A DNA stretch of 64,000 nucleotides from an uncultured Alphaproteobacteria bacterium (GTDB lineage: Bacteria; Pseudomonadota; Alphaproteobacteria; Rhizobiales; Rhizobiaceae): assembly GCA_963747465.1 (NCBI GenBank), contig CAVVFC010000004.1, positions 1,799 through 65,798 of the forward strand, read 5' to 3'. Positions 60,395 through 64,000 of this stretch are shown piece after piece. Made by a program: the position numbers and the translations under genes. Below the pieces are notes generated by a model. The model saw only the letters and a program-made list of their open reading frames with translations. It did no database searches and was not told where the DNA came from. Numbering within the stretch: the first letter of the stretch is position 1; each line of letters begins with the position of its first letter.

Positions 60395-61585
60395 ATGAGC
60401 GGTTCGGCGCTATTCCAGACATTCGCCAGGGCGCCCCTGGCATTCGAGCGCGGCGAGGGAACGTGGCTGATCACGACCGGCGGCGAGCGATATCTGGATT
60501 TCGCGGCCGGCATCGCGGTAAACTCGCTCGGGCACGGCCACCCGCATCTCGTCGAAGCGCTGACCGATCAGGCCGGCAAGCTCTGGCATGTCTCCAACCT
60601 TTACGAGATTCCCGGACAGCGCCGCCTGGGCGAGCGCCTCGTCGCCAACAGTTTCGCGGACAAGGTCTTCTTCACCAATTCCGGCGCGGAAGCGCTGGAA
60701 TGCGCCATAAAGACCGCGCGGCGCTTCCATCACGTGAACGGCAATCCCGAACGCTACCGCATCATCACCTTCGAGGGTGCTTTTCATGGCCGCACGCTGG
60801 CGACGATCGCGGCCGGGGGGCAACCGAAGTATCTCGAGGGCTTCGGCCCCAAGGTCGAGGGCTTCGACCAGATCGCGCTTGGCGACAACGAGGCGCTGAA
60901 GAAGGCAATCACACCAGGGACGGCGGCGATCCTCGTGGAACCGGTCCAGGGCGAGGGCGGTATTCGTGTCGTGCCTGCCGAAACGCTGAAGCTGATGCGC
61001 CGTTTGGCTGACGAGAACGGCCTGCTTCTCATCTATGACGAAGTCCAGTGTGGAGTCGGTCGCACCGGCAAGCTTTTCGCCTACGAGTGGTCAGGCGCCG
61101 AACCGGACATCATGGCTGTCGCCAAGGGGATAGGGGGCGGCTTCCCGATGGGCGCGTGCCTGGCCACCGACGAGGCCGCCATCGGCATGACGGCCGGCGT
61201 GCACGGCACCACGTTCGGGGGCAATCCGCTCGCCATGGCGGTCGGCAATGCCGTGCTGGACGTGGTTCTGGAGGAGGGGTTCCTGGATGAGGTCAGCCGC
61301 AAGTCGCTGCTTTTCAAGCAGGGCCTGGCTGCCATCGCGGACGAGTTCCCGTCGGTCATCGAAGAGACCCGCGGCGTCGGCCTGATCCTCGGCATCAAGT
61401 GCCGGATGCCCAACGCCGGGGTCAACATGGCGTTCCGCGAAGAAAAACTGCTGACGGTGCCCGGCGGCGACAATGTGGTGCGGCTGCTTCCGCCGCTCAC
61501 CGTTACCGACGAGGAAATCAGGGAAGGGCTGGAGCGGATCCGCGCGGCGGCGTCGAAGCTTGCTTCGAATCCCGCCGGCAACTGA
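60395..61585 (+). CDS. argD: Acetylornithine aminotransferase
   Basis: [41 protein letters not shown] (PLP Lys) and [10 protein letters not shown] motifs. Confidence 0.95.
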   Translation: MSGSALFQTFARAPLAFERGEGTWLITTGGERYLDFAAGIAVNSLGHGHPHLVEALTDQAGKLWHVSNLYEIPGQRRLGERLVANSFADKVFFTNSGAEALECAIKTARRFHHVNGNPERYRIITFEGAFHGRTLATIAAGGQPKYLEGFGPKVEGFDQIALGDNEALKKAITPGTAAILVEPVQGEGGIRVVPAETLKLMRRLADENGLLLIYDEVQCGVGRTGKLFAYEWSGAEPDIMAVAKGIGGGFPMGACLATDEAAIGMTAGVHGTTFGGNPLAMAVGNAVLDVVLEEGFLDEVSRKSLLFKQGLAAIADEFPSVIEETRGVGLILGIKCRMPNAGVNMAFREEKLLTVPGGDNVVRLLPPLTVTDEEIREGLERIRAAASKLASNPAGN

Positions 61586-61596
61586 GCGGAAGCAAT

Positions 61597-62523
61597 ATGA
61601 TGATGAACGGCAAACCGCGCCACTTCACCGATCTCTCGGCAATGTCCGCTACTGATCTCCGGTCATTGCTGGAGGATGCCAAGGTTCGCAAGGCCGAGCT
61701 GAAGTCGGGGGTCCGCAGCAAGCCCTTCGACGGGAAGGTGCTCGCGATGATCTTCGACAAGCCGTCGACGCGTACGCGGGTTTCCTTCGACGTCGGCATG
61801 CGCCAGCTCGGCGGCGAGACCATCATGCTCACCGGCACGGAGATGCAGCTCGGCCGCAGCGAGACGATCGCCGATACGGCGAAGGTGCTGTCGCGCTACG
61901 TCGACATCATCATGATCCGGACGACCTCGCACGAGCGGCTGCTCGAACTTTCCGAGAATGCGACGGTTCCAGTCATCAACGGCCTCACCGACGACACCCA
62001 CCCTTGTCAGATCATGGCCGACGTTCTTACATATGAGGAGCATCGCGGAGACGTGGCGGGCAGGCTGTTCGCCTGGTCGGGCGACGGGAACAACGTGCTT
62101 CATTCACTGATCGAGGCCGCGGCGAGGTTGAGTTTCGATCTCAATATCGCCGTGCCGGAAGGCAGCGAACCGGACAGCAGGTTTCTCGACCGGGCCAGGG
62201 ACGACGGCGCCCGCATCCGCTTCTTCAAGGATGCCGCTGAAGCCGTCAGCGGAGCCGACTGCGTGCTTACCGACACCTGGATCTCGATGGGCCAGGAGCA
62301 TCGGGCGCGCGGCCACAACGTATTTCTGCCTTACCAGGTAAACGCCGAACTCATGCGCCATGCCAAGCCGGATGCGCTTTTCATGCATTGCCTGCCCGCC
62401 CATCGGGGGGAGGAGGTCACCGACGAGGTGATCGACGGGCCGCAGTCGGTGGTCTTCGACGAGGCGGAAAACCGCCTCCATGCGCAAAAAGCGGTGCTCG
62501 CCTGGTGTCTGTCCGGAGCATGA
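61597..62523 (+). CDS. argF: Ornithine carbamoyltransferase
   Basis: [22 protein letters not shown] and EAENRLH motifs. Confidence 0.96.
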   Translation: MMMNGKPRHFTDLSAMSATDLRSLLEDAKVRKAELKSGVRSKPFDGKVLAMIFDKPSTRTRVSFDVGMRQLGGETIMLTGTEMQLGRSETIADTAKVLSRYVDIIMIRTTSHERLLELSENATVPVINGLTDDTHPCQIMADVLTYEEHRGDVAGRLFAWSGDGNNVLHSLIEAAARLSFDLNIAVPEGSEPDSRFLDRARDDGARIRFFKDAAEAVSGADCVLTDTWISMGQEHRARGHNVFLPYQVNAELMRHAKPDALFMHCLPAHRGEEVTDEVIDGPQSVVFDEAENRLHAQKAVLAWCLSGA

Positions 62524-62527
62524 TCGA

Positions 62528-63520
62528 TTGAGTGAAGAACCAAGGCTCGGCGAATTCGGTTTCGCCGGCGATGACGTGGTCGTACCCTTCCAGGTGGAGG
62601 CGCTCGACATGCGCGGTCGCGCCGTCCAGTTGGGCCCGATGCTGGACCAGGTGCTGGGCCGGCATTCCTATCCCGAGCCCGTGGCGAGGCTGCTTGCAGA
62701 AGGCATCGTGCTGACGGCCCTGCTCGGCAGTTCGCTGAAGTTCGACGGAAAGTTCATCCTGCAGACCCAGTCCGACGGGCCGGTGGACATGCTCGTGGCG
62801 GATTTCGCGACGCCCGGTTCCATGCGGGCCTACGCCCGCTACGACGCCGAGCGGCTCGCCGAGGCGGAGAAAGCCGGTCGCACATCGCCCGAGGACCTGC
62901 TTGGAAAGGGCATCCTGGCGATGACGATCGACCAGGGCGTGCACACGCAGCGCTACCAGGGCATCGTGCAACTGGACGGGATCTCGCTCGAGGAGGTTGC
63001 CCGCACGTATTTCCGGCAGTCAGAGCAGATTCCGACGGAGGTGCGCCTCGCGGTTGCCCGACAGATCGTACCCGGCCCGAATGGCGGCCGGGAACACTGG
63101 CGCGCCGGCGGTGTCCTTGCGCAGTTTCTGCCTGAAGCGCCGGAGCGTCTCCGGTTGCCGGATCTGCCCGGCGGTGATGGGGACGACGGCGAAGTCGACC
63201 AGAGCGTCATCGACGATGCCTGGATGGAGGTGTTGGTGCTGCTGGCGACGATCGAGGCGGACGAGCTCCTGGACCCCACGATCGGGGCGGAGCGACTCCT
63301 CTACCGGCTCTTTCACGAGCACGGTGTCGTCGTGTATCCCGGCGTGCCGGTCGCCGACGACTGCTCGTGCTCGCGCGACAAGATTCGGACGGTGCTGGAT
63401 GGGTTTTCCGAGGAGGAAATCGCCGACAGCGTCGAGGAAGGCGAAATCCGCGTGACCTGCGAATTCTGTTCGACCGAATACACCTTCGATCCGGCTGAGT
63501 TCGGCGGTAGCGAGGAGTAG
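62528..63520 (+). CDS. hslO: Hsp33 redox-regulated chaperone
   Basis: YQGIV.L, YFRQSEQIPT, CSCS and CEFC zinc ligands; TTG start after GGAG. Confidence 0.93.
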   Translation: MSEEPRLGEFGFAGDDVVVPFQVEALDMRGRAVQLGPMLDQVLGRHSYPEPVARLLAEGIVLTALLGSSLKFDGKFILQTQSDGPVDMLVADFATPGSMRAYARYDAERLAEAEKAGRTSPEDLLGKGILAMTIDQGVHTQRYQGIVQLDGISLEEVARTYFRQSEQIPTEVRLAVARQIVPGPNGGREHWRAGGVLAQFLPEAPERLRLPDLPGGDGDDGEVDQSVIDDAWMEVLVLLATIEADELLDPTIGAERLLYRLFHEHGVVVYPGVPVADDCSCSRDKIRTVLDGFSEEEIADSVEEGEIRVTCEFCSTEYTFDPAEFGGSEE

Positions 63521-63523
63521 CCC

Positions 63524-63916
63524 TCAGTTCACCGTTCGCGCGCCGTCGGGCAGATCGAGCGAGAAGGCCGGTATGTCGATATCGAACTTTCGGCCTTCCG
63601 TATCCCGCATGGTATAGCGCCCGACCATGATGCCCGACGGGGTCGCAAGGGGGCATCCCGACGTGTACTGAAAGCTGTCGCCTGGGCCGAGCTGGGGCTG
63701 TTCTCCCACCACGCCGGCGCCCCTTACTTCCTCCACCCGCCCCGTGGCATCGGTTATGTGCCAGTAGCGCGACAGCAACTGGACGTGATCGTCGGAATTG
63801 TTGGCGATCGTCACCCGATAGGCCCAGACGTAGTGGCTGTCGCCGGGATCCGACCTGTCGTCGAGATAGAAGGGCTCGACGCTGACCTCGATGTTTCGTG
63901 TAATGGCCCGATACAT
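63524..63916 (-). CDS. apaG: ApaG protein
   Basis: [28 protein letters not shown] and YTSGCPL.TPSG.M.G motifs. Confidence 0.95.
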   Translation of the reverse strand: MYRAITRNIEVSVEPFYLDDRSDPGDSHYVWAYRVTIANNSDDHVQLLSRYWHITDATGRVEEVRGAGVVGEQPQLGPGDSFQYTSGCPLATPSGIMVGRYTMRDTEGRKFDIDIPAFSLDLPDGARTVN

Positions 63917-64000
63917 GAGACAAGCTCCGGGTGAGTCTATGTGCGGAATCCTTGCCGAACGGGTTCGACGGGTCAACCACGAAACCATTCGCGTAACCGT

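Overview
GC-rich chromosomal segment of an alphaproteobacterium of the Rhizobiales, most consistent with Phyllobacteriaceae (class I lysS, podJ, gcrA-argD-argF-hslO-apaG synteny, luxR-luxI-crotonase triad). From left to right it contains: a NitT/TauT-type ABC transporter; a PotABCD-like transporter with three unrelated amide hydrolases behind a near-consensus sigma-54 promoter; a cytochrome c and a flavin monooxygenase; and a ~14 kb type II secretion (gsp) cluster. In that cluster the secretin gene is split by a 934-bp IS5/IS1031-type element, and two counter-oriented orphan genes are present: a secreted protein with tandem subtilase-propeptide(I9)-like domains and an acidic protein built from a 66/132-bp higher-order repeat. 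The rest is conserved core: Lhr-like helicase/pdeM, tauE, podJ, a LiuR-like MerR regulator with a beta-oxidation operon, a RogA-like S24 repressor, lysS, the LuxR-LuxI-crotonase quorum-sensing locus, a GT2 glycosyltransferase, ppk2, phoR-phoU lacking pstSCAB/phoB, gcrA, argD, argF, hslO and apaG. At least nine single-base indels, mostly in short homopolymers and some in conserved genes, suggest long-read consensus errors, so the frameshift calls are provisional. No rRNA, intact tRNA or CRISPR array was seen. All family assignments come from motif reading; no database searches were run.
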